From Syntrophales bacterium (GTDB lineage: Bacteria > Desulfobacterota > Syntrophia > Syntrophales > UBA5619): a stretch of DNA of 64,000 nucleotides. Under the pieces are notes generated by a model. The model made no database searches. It worked only from the letters and a program-made list of their open reading frames with translations, and had not been told where the DNA came from. Every line of letters begins with the position of its first letter. Position 1 is the stretch's first letter. The DNA is taken from the NCBI GenBank assembly GCA_040765725.1, contig JAXGRQ010000007.1, forward strand, positions 8,140-72,139, read 5' to 3'. This document shows positions 56,968-64,000 of this stretch, piece after piece. The translations under genes were made by a program, and so were the position numbers.

Positions 56968-57552
56968 TCAGAAATGGTAGCGGATTCCCAAACTGAAGGC
57001 GTTGGTTGCCCCGTGAACCCCGCCGAACAGGCCAAATACCCCTGAGCGATGGTGGATTCGGGTGACCAGGCTCCAGCTCGGTTCATGGGGAAGGGCAAAA
57101 TCAAATTCGAACATCAGGTAATTCAGGAATTTGTCCGTTTTCACGCCATGGTATTTTTCCTCGGACACCGACTTGTTCGTAGCCAGGGAAAGCCCCTCGC
57201 CGACGGCGAAACTGGTTTTCACGATGTCGTTCCACGGGAAGTGGAGCCAGCGCGCGATCACCAGGCTGTTGAACTCCCAGTGGTGCTGGCCTTCCAGGTG
57301 TTTGACCGCCTGCCCTTCCAGTTCGAAATCGATCCAATCAAAGAGATTCCCGATTTTTGCTCCGGCCGCGACCGTGGCAAACTTGAAGTCGTTGTCCAGT
57401 TTCGCCTTGAAGATGGCCGTCTCGGCCAATGCGCCGTCCGTGAGCATGGCCCCGTACAGGGTGACATGGTAATTTTTCGAATCCCCGGAATGGACATAAG
57501 ACGGGAGTAGAAAGAGCGAAGACAGGAGCAAAAACCAGGTTTTCCATTTCAT
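56968..57552 (-). CDS. Outer-membrane beta-barrel protein, acyloxyacyl hydrolase / PagL-like lipid A deacylase family candidate
   Basis: 194 aa. Signal peptide MKWKTWFLLLSSLFLLPSYVHS, alternating beta pattern, C-terminal ...HHRSGVFG...SLGIRYHF. Confidence 0.5.
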   Translation of the reverse strand: MKWKTWFLLLSSLFLLPSYVHSGDSKNYHVTLYGAMLTDGALAETAIFKAKLDNDFKFATVAAGAKIGNLFDWIDFELEGQAVKHLEGQHHWEFNSLVIARWLHFPWNDIVKTSFAVGEGLSLATNKSVSEEKYHGVKTDKFLNYLMFEFDFALPHEPSWSLVTRIHHRSGVFGLFGGVHGATNAFSLGIRYHF

Positions 57553-57851
57553 GGCATAGAATCAGTCTTTCGGTTATTCACCGGACCCCTCCGGGGGTGG
57601 GCGCCACTATACGGAAAAGACCCTCTGGTGTCAATGCTCCCCGCGGAATGATGTCACCTTGTAGCGGAGGCAACCTCAAATGCCTGACGGTCCGGCCGGG
57701 ATGATTCGAATCGGCAATTGGAATCCCCGGCGCCGTGCGGGTTGACCCGTCGCAAAGATCAGTATAGTGTAAAACCGGATCCGGATGGAATGGGCGCGTC
57801 GGGGAAAGCGTATCACCGGTAGATCGGGACGGCGCCCTGGAGAATCGGAAG

Positions 57852-58436
57852 ATGGCTGACGAAGGCGTGATCGTGGACAGTGCAATGGACTTTACCCAGG
57901 CGGTGGCGGGGACAGCGGCGCCGTCGAAGATCCTGGAGAGTCTCCGCCTGATCGATGTCTTTTACCGCGGTTTCGACGGGCGCCGTCACAAAGGCCAGCT
58001 TGTCGTCCACCGGGATCTTGCAGCCGATCTTCTGGAGCTTTTCGAGCTGATGGAGCGGCAATCATTTCCGGTGGCGCGCGTCGTGCCGATCGTCCGATTC
58101 GGCTGGTCCGACGAGGCATCGATGGCCGTGGACAACAGCTCCGCTTTCAACCACCGGCTCGTCGCGGGGACCAACCGGATCTCCCTGCACGCCTTGGGCC
58201 GGGCGGTGGACATCAATCCGCGGGAAAACCCGGCGATCTATCCGGACGGCCGTGTCGTCCCCGCAGGAGCCTTCCGGAAGCCGCACCAACCCGGCACGTT
58301 CTCCCAAAACCATCCCGTGGTCAGCGCTTTTCTGGAAAAAGGCTGGCGCTGGGGCGGAGATTTCACCCATATCCGGGACTTCCACCATTTTGAAAAAACC
58401 GTCTCGGAAAACCCCGACGCTTGCTCGTCAGGATGA
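57852..58436 (+). CDS. M15-family zinc metallopeptidase (D-Ala-D-Ala carboxypeptidase/dipeptidase-like)
   Basis: 194 aa. ISLHALGRAVDIN (SxHxxGxAxD) and WRWGGDF...DFHHFE. Confidence 0.8.
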   Translation: MADEGVIVDSAMDFTQAVAGTAAPSKILESLRLIDVFYRGFDGRRHKGQLVVHRDLAADLLELFELMERQSFPVARVVPIVRFGWSDEASMAVDNSSAFNHRLVAGTNRISLHALGRAVDINPRENPAIYPDGRVVPAGAFRKPHQPGTFSQNHPVVSAFLEKGWRWGGDFTHIRDFHHFEKTVSENPDACSSG

Positions 58437-58497
58437 AGATCGTTCGGACTGCCGATTCGCCCCTGTGGGATACCTCGACCCGTTTGGAAGACCGGAC

Positions 58498-59241
58498 TCA
58501 GCCCGTCCCGATGACGGCTCCTTCCGTTACCCTGGTCCGGCCGGTAATGTAGGCTTCATCCTCTATCCGGTTGGGGCTTTGCGCCGCACCGGTCGCCAGT
58601 TGATCGCAGCGTTCGTTCTCCCGGTTTCCGGCGTGGCCGCGGACCCAGACAAACCGCACCCGGTGTCTCTCGCACAGATCGAGGAGCCTTGACCACAGGT
58701 CCGCATTTTCGGCGGCCTTCTCCTTTGTGCGCATCCAGCCGTTGGCTCGCCATTTCCGGGCCCAACCCTTGCAGATTCCGTTGACCACGTAACGCGAATC
58801 GCTGTACAGGTCGACGACCGCCGGCGCGCTTAGGGCTTCCAGCGCCGCGATGCAGGCCATCAGTTCCATGCGGTTGTTGGTGGTCAGGCGGAAGCCCTGT
58901 GCGATTTCCATCCGCCTCTCCCCGTCGAGAATGACTGCACCGTATCCCCCGGATCCCGGATTCCCCACACAGGCCCCATCGGTATAAGCAACAATCCGCC
59001 CCGACGGGGTCTCGCGTTCAGCGGGATTGATTTCGACATCCGCAACGCATGATCGTTTCCCGGTTTGAACCGCCGGGTCCCTCAGCCACTGCCGTGCCTC
59101 CTCCCGCGTCGCAAAACCCCGGTAGAGGGCTCCGGCATAGCCGCGGATTTGCTCTTCGGCGCCTCCCGTTCCGAACCAGGCGTCATAGATGCCCGGCCGG
59201 CGCCCTCGGGCGACAGCGTAGTATTTTTTCGGACTTCCCAT
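58498..59241 (-). CDS. rnhA: Ribonuclease HI with N-terminal hybrid-binding (RNase H1 / Cauli_VI-type) domain
   Basis: 247 aa. KKYYAVARGRRPGIYDAW...GFATREEARQWL, then YTDGAC.GNPG..GYG, TNNRMEL, DS.YV, GHAGNRENERCDQLA. Confidence 0.88.
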   Translation of the reverse strand: MGSPKKYYAVARGRRPGIYDAWFGTGGAEEQIRGYAGALYRGFATREEARQWLRDPAVQTGKRSCVADVEINPAERETPSGRIVAYTDGACVGNPGSGGYGAVILDGERRMEIAQGFRLTTNNRMELMACIAALEALSAPAVVDLYSDSRYVVNGICKGWARKWRANGWMRTKEKAAENADLWSRLLDLCERHRVRFVWVRGHAGNRENERCDQLATGAAQSPNRIEDEAYITGRTRVTEGAVIGTG

Positions 59242-59445
59242 GCAGGGCCCCTTTCGAAGGTTGACGGTTTCCTGTCCCGTCTGATGATGCAGAATCTCCC
59301 ATGTGGTATTTATTACACTTCGACAGGCTTTTCCAGAGGCGTTTCACAGGGGTTCCGTCGGCCCGGATCTCCCATAAAATGATTGACTTCAAGGGGTCAT
59401 GATGATAGGGGAAATTTCCCCGAAACGGGGGGAAGGGCGCGATTC

Positions 59446-60726
59446 ATGCTGGACATCAAGTATCTCAGGCAGAACATCGACTTTGTTGCCGGAAAATTGC
59501 GGGAGCGGGGTCAGGAGATTCATCTGGAGCGTTTCATCGCCCTCGACGAGAAGCGGCGGGATATTATCCGGGAAGTCGAGGCGTTGCGCAGCGAACGCAA
59601 CAACGTTTCGAAGATGATCGGAGAGAGGAAAAAGAACCGGCAGGATGCGACCGAGATCATCGAACGGATGGGGGAGGTGTCGAACCGGATCAAGGAACTG
59701 GACGAGTCGCAAAAACAGGTCGACGAAGAAATCCGGCAGATCCTGATGACCCTTCCCAATGTTCCGCATGAATCGGTTGTCTGCGGGAAAGGCGCCGAAG
59801 ACAATCCGGTCATCCGGGTCTGGGGAGAGAAGCCGCAGTTTTCCTTTACGCCGCGGCCGCACTGGGAGATCGGCGAGGGGCTGAACATTCTGGACTTTGC
59901 CCGCGGGGCGAAGATCACCGGGGCTCGATTCACCCTTTACCGGGGGCTCGGGGCCAGGCTGGAGCGGGCGATCGTCAACCTCATGCTCGATTTGCACACC
60001 GGGGTTCACGGCTACACGGAGGTGCTGACCCCGTTCATGGTCAACCGGGAGAGCATGACCGGAACCGGCCAGCTCCCGAAGTTCGAAGAGGACCTTTTCC
60101 GCATCGACAAGGTGGACTACTTCCTCATCCCGACAGCGGAGGTGCCCGTCACGAACATCCACCGGGACGAGATTTTGCGGGAAAAAGAACTGCCGATCAC
60201 CTATGTGGCCTATTCCCCCTGTTTCCGTGCGGAGGCCGGCTCCTACGGAAAGGATACCCGGGGCCTGATTCGACAGCACCAGTTCAACAAGGTGGAGCTG
60301 GTGAAGTTCACATGTCCGGAGAGCTCTTACGAAGAGCTGGAAAAGCTGACCGAAAACGCCGAAGAGGTGCTCAAGCGGCTCAACATCCCCTACCGGGTGG
60401 TCAGCCTCTGTTCCGCCGATCTGGGCTTCTCTTCCGCGAAGACCTACGACATCGAGGCGTGGCTCCCCGGCCAGGAAGCCTACCGGGAGATCTCCTCTTG
60501 CAGCAATTTCGAAGATTTCCAGGCCCGCCGCGCGTCGATCCGCTTTCGGCGCGAGGAGGGGGGGAAGGTGGAATTTGTCCACACCCTCAACGGCTCGGGA
60601 CTGGCCGTGGGCAGAACCCTTGTGGCCGTTTTGGAGAATTATCAGCAGGCGGACGGAAGCGTCGTCATCCCCGAGGCACTGCGGCCCTATATGGGCGGAG
60701 TTGACAGGATTCCCGCCGCGGGGTAG
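59446..60726 (+). CDS. serS: Seryl-tRNA synthetase
   Basis: Internal start [14 protein letters not shown] (ATG 59446) of ORF 59383..60726. N-terminal coiled coil, class II motifs ([16 protein letters not shown]). Confidence 0.95.
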   Translation: MLDIKYLRQNIDFVAGKLRERGQEIHLERFIALDEKRRDIIREVEALRSERNNVSKMIGERKKNRQDATEIIERMGEVSNRIKELDESQKQVDEEIRQILMTLPNVPHESVVCGKGAEDNPVIRVWGEKPQFSFTPRPHWEIGEGLNILDFARGAKITGARFTLYRGLGARLERAIVNLMLDLHTGVHGYTEVLTPFMVNRESMTGTGQLPKFEEDLFRIDKVDYFLIPTAEVPVTNIHRDEILREKELPITYVAYSPCFRAEAGSYGKDTRGLIRQHQFNKVELVKFTCPESSYEELEKLTENAEEVLKRLNIPYRVVSLCSADLGFSSAKTYDIEAWLPGQEAYREISSCSNFEDFQARRASIRFRREEGGKVEFVHTLNGSGLAVGRTLVAVLENYQQADGSVVIPEALRPYMGGVDRIPAAG

Positions 60727-60739
60727 CATGGAAACGTGC

Positions 60740-60825
60740 GGAGGGATGGCCGAGTGGTCTATGGCGGCGGTCTTGAAAACCGTTGAGCGGAAGCTTCGCG
60801 GGTTCGAATCCTGCTCCCTCCGCCA
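60740..60825 (+). tRNA. tRNA-Ser (anticodon UGA), CCA encoded
   Basis: Acceptor GGAGGGA/TCCCTCC. Anticodon arm GCGGT-CTTGAAA-ACCGT. Extended variable arm. T loop TTCGAAT. 13 nt after the serS stop. Confidence 0.88.
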
Positions 60826-60856
60826 ATTTAAAATCCAACAAAGTCCAAAGTAGTAC

Positions 60857-60886
60857 AAAACCCGTTAGAAATAGCGGGTTTTTTCT
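60857..60886 (+). terminator. Intrinsic terminator after tRNA-Ser(UGA)
   Basis: aaaacccg (60857-60864) / cgggtttt (60875-60882), followed by ttttc. Confidence 0.7.
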
Positions 60887-61142
60887 TGATGTCTTGAACC
60901 GACATTAAAGTCAGGACAGCCAAGCCAGAAGGCAAACCATCTCCTGATCCAGCATCCTCAATTTCAATGATACTCTGCAGTAGCCTGACCGGCATATTCT
61001 ATGTTTTCATTATTCTTGGTTTGGGATAACATACTATCGGATCTGAATAAGTCCGTTAAAGACATATTTGTGGTGACACGTGTTGAGCACTGTATGCCCT
61101 GAATAGATTTACACGCCTGTTAAAAGATTAGAAGGGGGATAG

Positions 61143-62342
61143 GTGAAAAACATCCTATTGTGGCTGCTTTTGCTGATCAATGCATGTCTGGTGGGCTGCT
61201 CTTCGTCCTCCGGTTTCACGCAAGAGGACCTGCAGGCAGTGTTAGAAACTGAATGGCAGACCTACTCAAGGGATAAAACCAATTTCGGCGGCGGGATCGC
61301 CATGCAGATCCTAAGCCCCCGGGGTGATTATTTTATATCTTCCGGTATGGGAAGCGGCATGGATAATTCCCATCGATTCCGAACCGCCAGCGTAACGAAG
61401 ACTTTTACCGCGGCATCCATTATGCTTCTCCATGAGCGCGGGCAGCTAAACATTGACGACAAACTTTCAGACAATATCCCAGGAACGGAGTCTCCATATT
61501 TTCCGTACAACATCCCCCATCGAAATGAAATCACGATTAGGATGATTCTCATGCACCGGGCAGGGATCTTTGACCTCACCAATACCGAGATTAAGGATAA
61601 CGCCGCATCTCACGGCAAGCCCTACGTAGGCAAATACTATATCGATGAATCCATGATCCCACCCAATGAAGAGCATCAGTTTACGTTCGACGAGCTATTC
61701 AGGGTAATAGAAAGTGATGAACAAATCGGCTTTGAACCGCCCGATTCAAAATATGCTTATTCGGACACGGGCTATACCGTTCTGGGATACATCATTGAGA
61801 GGGTTTCTGGGAAATCATATGAAGCGTTTGTACGCGACGAGTTCCTGAACCCCAACGGCCTTTTGAACAGCAGCCTTCCCTGGCGGGGAGCAGACCGGAC
61901 CTTGCCGGCTCCTTTTGTGAATGGATATGCCTGGGATGGCAGTACGCTCACCGATGTCACTGTTGACAACATGTCCGCCTATGTGGGCAACGGCAACATG
62001 ATCACAACGCCGCTTGATCTGGCAACGTGGGCAAAAAAATTGCTGACCGGCCGGACAGCATTGAGTAAGGACACCGTTGAACTGATGAAAGCCGGGTTGC
62101 CGTCGGAAGGAACCAGCACCTATGGCCTCGGCATCAAATATACTCCGAGATTGGGCTACGGACATGGTGGGGACCATCAAGGCTATGCCACCTTCATGTT
62201 TTACAAACCGGAACATGATATAGCCTATGTGGTCCTGATGAATATATGGGATATGAGCGATTGGACGGCTTCGTACGCTGCCCAGCATACGTTCATGGCA
62301 AATACCGTGTTGAAAATTTTTACCAAAATGGGATTATCATGA
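61143..62342 (+). CDS. Beta-lactamase-family serine hydrolase (class C / DD-peptidase-like), predicted lipoprotein
   Basis: GTG 61143 after GGGGGA. Lipobox LVGC. SVTKTF (SxxK). YSDTGY. Noticeably AT-richer codon usage than its neighbours. Confidence 0.82.
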   Translation: MKNILLWLLLLINACLVGCSSSSGFTQEDLQAVLETEWQTYSRDKTNFGGGIAMQILSPRGDYFISSGMGSGMDNSHRFRTASVTKTFTAASIMLLHERGQLNIDDKLSDNIPGTESPYFPYNIPHRNEITIRMILMHRAGIFDLTNTEIKDNAASHGKPYVGKYYIDESMIPPNEEHQFTFDELFRVIESDEQIGFEPPDSKYAYSDTGYTVLGYIIERVSGKSYEAFVRDEFLNPNGLLNSSLPWRGADRTLPAPFVNGYAWDGSTLTDVTVDNMSAYVGNGNMITTPLDLATWAKKLLTGRTALSKDTVELMKAGLPSEGTSTYGLGIKYTPRLGYGHGGDHQGYATFMFYKPEHDIAYVVLMNIWDMSDWTASYAAQHTFMANTVLKIFTKMGLS

Positions 62343-62483
62343 GTACAGGATCCGACTGTCACGCATACTCAAGCCCTGGTCTTGCCAGGGCTGTAGGATC
62401 GCGACGTCGGGTAATGCGATCTTTCGTCGGCTTTTGAGGACAGGTCATCCCCATCATTGATGATAGGAAGGAGGCGATCAGTA

Positions 62484-63125
62484 ATGACCGAATTTCACCA
62501 ATGGTACCGGAATTTGGCGGCGGACAGAACGATCAAGGCGCTGAAGAAGAATAATTTCGATGCCCGTTTTTTCCCGAAATCAGCGGAGGCATTGGCCGAG
62601 TTCTGGAAAATGGTTCCGGAGGGGGCTACGGTAGGCATCGGCGGATCGGTGACGTTGTCGCAGATCGGTCTCATCGATGAAATCAAGAATCGCCCGGTGA
62701 AGTTTCTGACTCCCTTTGTCAAAGGTCTTTCCGTGGAAGAGAGGGACAGGATCTGCCGGGAGATCCTGACCGCCGATTTCTTCGTTGCCAGCAGCAATGC
62801 GATCACCGAGGAGGGCGAGCTGTATAACATCGACGCCACCGGCAACCGTGTCGCTCCGATGATTTACGGTCCCAAGAAGGTGGTTTTGTTCTGCGGCGTC
62901 AATAAGATCGTCAAAGACATCGATGAAGCGTATCGAAGGGTGCAGGAACGGGTGGCGCCCATGAACGTCAAGAGGCTGGGCTACAAAGATCCGTGCGGCA
63001 CGACCGGGGAGTGCTCCGATTGTTCCTCTCCGGAGCGGATCTGCAACGCCTATGTCGTTCTGGCCAAAAAACCGAGGAGGACGGACATCTCCGTCTTCAT
63101 CATCGGCGAGTCCCTGGGGCTTTAG
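62484..63125 (+). CDS. LUD-domain (LutC/YkgG-like, DUF162) protein
   Basis: ATG 62484 after GGAGG (ORF 62457..63125). GIGGSVTL, ASSNAITEEGELYNIDATGNR, C-terminal Cys-rich CGTTGECSDCSSPERIC. Confidence 0.75.
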   Translation: MTEFHQWYRNLAADRTIKALKKNNFDARFFPKSAEALAEFWKMVPEGATVGIGGSVTLSQIGLIDEIKNRPVKFLTPFVKGLSVEERDRICREILTADFFVASSNAITEEGELYNIDATGNRVAPMIYGPKKVVLFCGVNKIVKDIDEAYRRVQERVAPMNVKRLGYKDPCGTTGECSDCSSPERICNAYVVLAKKPRRTDISVFIIGESLGL

Positions 63126-63169
63126 ACTCGAACAGAGCGAAGCGAAGAGATCCCGCATTCGTCATCAGA

Positions 63170-64000
63170 CTATTCGCCGGGGTCGTAACTCCTCTCCAGC
63201 CGTGGACCGGCCGGCGCTTTCCTTATGGATCTGCTTTCAATAAACCGGTCGATCAACCGTCGGGCAATGCTGATCTTTCCGGGAAGGGTCGGCAATTTGT
63301 CCGGATGAAACCAGCCGGCATCGACGATCTCTGATTCGTCGATCCGGATTTCGCCGCTCGCATATTGCGCGGTAAATCCGATCATCAGGGAATCGGGAAA
63401 CGGCCAGGGCTGGCTGCCGAAATAGCGGACATTTCTGACCTGGATTCCGACTTCCTCTTCGATTTCCCTGTGAACGGCATCCTCCAGCGTCTCGCCCGGT
63501 TCCACAAAACCGGCCAGGACACTGTACACATTCGCTGTGAATCTGGTCGACCGGGCTAAAAGAACCTGGCCGTCCCTTTCCACGAGGGTGATGACGGCCG
63601 GTGATATGCGGGGAAAAACCAGCATGCCGCAGCCGGGACATTTGCGGGCGTTTATTTCCTCCGCGGGCGCCATCTCCTTGCCGCAACGGCCGCAGTAATG
63701 CGTATTTCCCTCCCATTCCGTCAGATGCACCGCTTTTATGGCGACGGCAAACAGGGAGTCATCAAGATGTCCATAAAGATAACGAAGTCCGTAATACCCC
63801 ATTTGCGGCGGCATGGGATCATTTTCCGACACCTCGGCGCAATAACAGGGACGTCCCGACAGGGTTCCCAGGTACCTTTCCCTGATCGGGCAGAGGCCGA
63901 CGGATGCCGGATCGATCAACAGAGGGACGGACATCGAAGCTTGTTTTTCCACGACCAGCAGCTTATGCGCTTTGAAGATAAACCACCAGGCCGGGTTGCT
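63170..64000 (-). CDS. nudC: NAD+ diphosphatase (NADH pyrophosphatase), 5' end beyond the window
   Basis: Zinc ribbon CGRCG...CPGCG. Nudix box GFVEPGETLEDAVHREIEEEVGI. Frame stays open from 63952 to base 64000 (SNPAWWFIFKAHKLLVV...). Confidence 0.88.
   Translation of the reverse strand, partial: SNPAWWFIFKAHKLLVVEKQASMSVPLLIDPASVGLCPIRERYLGTLSGRPCYCAEVSENDPMPPQMGYYGLRYLYGHLDDSLFAVAIKAVHLTEWEGNTHYCGRCGKEMAPAEEINARKCPGCGMLVFPRISPAVITLVERDGQVLLARSTRFTANVYSVLAGFVEPGETLEDAVHREIEEEVGIQVRNVRYFGSQPWPFPDSLMIGFTAQYASGEIRIDESEIVDAGWFHPDKLPTLPGKISIARRLIDRFIESRSIRKAPAGPRLERSYDPGE

Noticed and set aside
59242-59445. T-box leader upstream of serS
   Set aside because: I saw no T-box consensus or specifier-loop architecture. 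Only short palindromes are present, and the gene content suggests a Gram-negative-type organism, where T-boxes are not expected.
59389-60858. 489-aa ORF antisense to serS and running across tRNA-Ser(UGA)
   Set aside because: Shadow ORF. It overlaps a tRNA and a fully supported synthetase gene.

Overview
High-GC window (roughly 58-60% by eye) from a Gram-negative-type anaerobe. The taxon is inferred from gene content only: 2-oxoacid:ferredoxin oxidoreductase, NuoEF-like flavoprotein, B12 mutase, PagL-like outer-membrane protein. All family calls were made by eye from the translations; no searches were run.

Layout:
- 1-21.6 kb: a hexuronate / unsaturated-uronate (KDG) utilisation super-locus. 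It has three TRAP transporters, two IclR regulators, eda-kdgK-kduI-kduD, uxaC, kdgF and an SDR-type mannonate-oxidoreductase candidate. A PPi-PFK-like kinase plus class I aldolase pair is embedded in it.
- 21.7-24.6 kb: PBP1A and lipA.
- 24.6-38.1 kb: accessory stretch.
  - (a) A tight four-gene operon of unknown function: MinD/ParA-like ATPase, ECF-S-like/HAMP membrane protein, Zn-ADH, and an 866-aa AdoHcy-hydrolase-like fusion. It is bracketed by two copies of the lipA 3' end. This is my best candidate for an undescribed system.
  - (b) A mosaic of two toxin-antitoxin pairs, YaiI/YwbE, an unknown three-gene set, decayed rhuM-type remnants, an orphan HigA, and a fused type IIG / ISP-like restriction-methyltransferase.
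- 38.2-43.7 kb: DegT-type aminotransferase, galE, tRNA-Ser(GGA), SRP RNA, dnaX-ybaB-recR.
- 43.9-50.0 kb: four-subunit 2-oxoacid:ferredoxin oxidoreductase co-oriented with NuoE/NuoF-like and a short Fe-S protein.
- 50.1-54.5 kb: B12-dependent acyl-CoA mutase operon with meaB and a doubly frameshifted cobO.
- 54.7-64 kb: housekeeping genes, serS followed by tRNA-Ser(UGA), an AT-richer islet with a beta-lactamase-family lipoprotein, a LUD-domain protein, and partial nudC.

No rRNA, CRISPR array, transposase or integrase was seen. Many long ORFs in the track are antisense shadow ORFs of this GC-rich DNA and were rejected.
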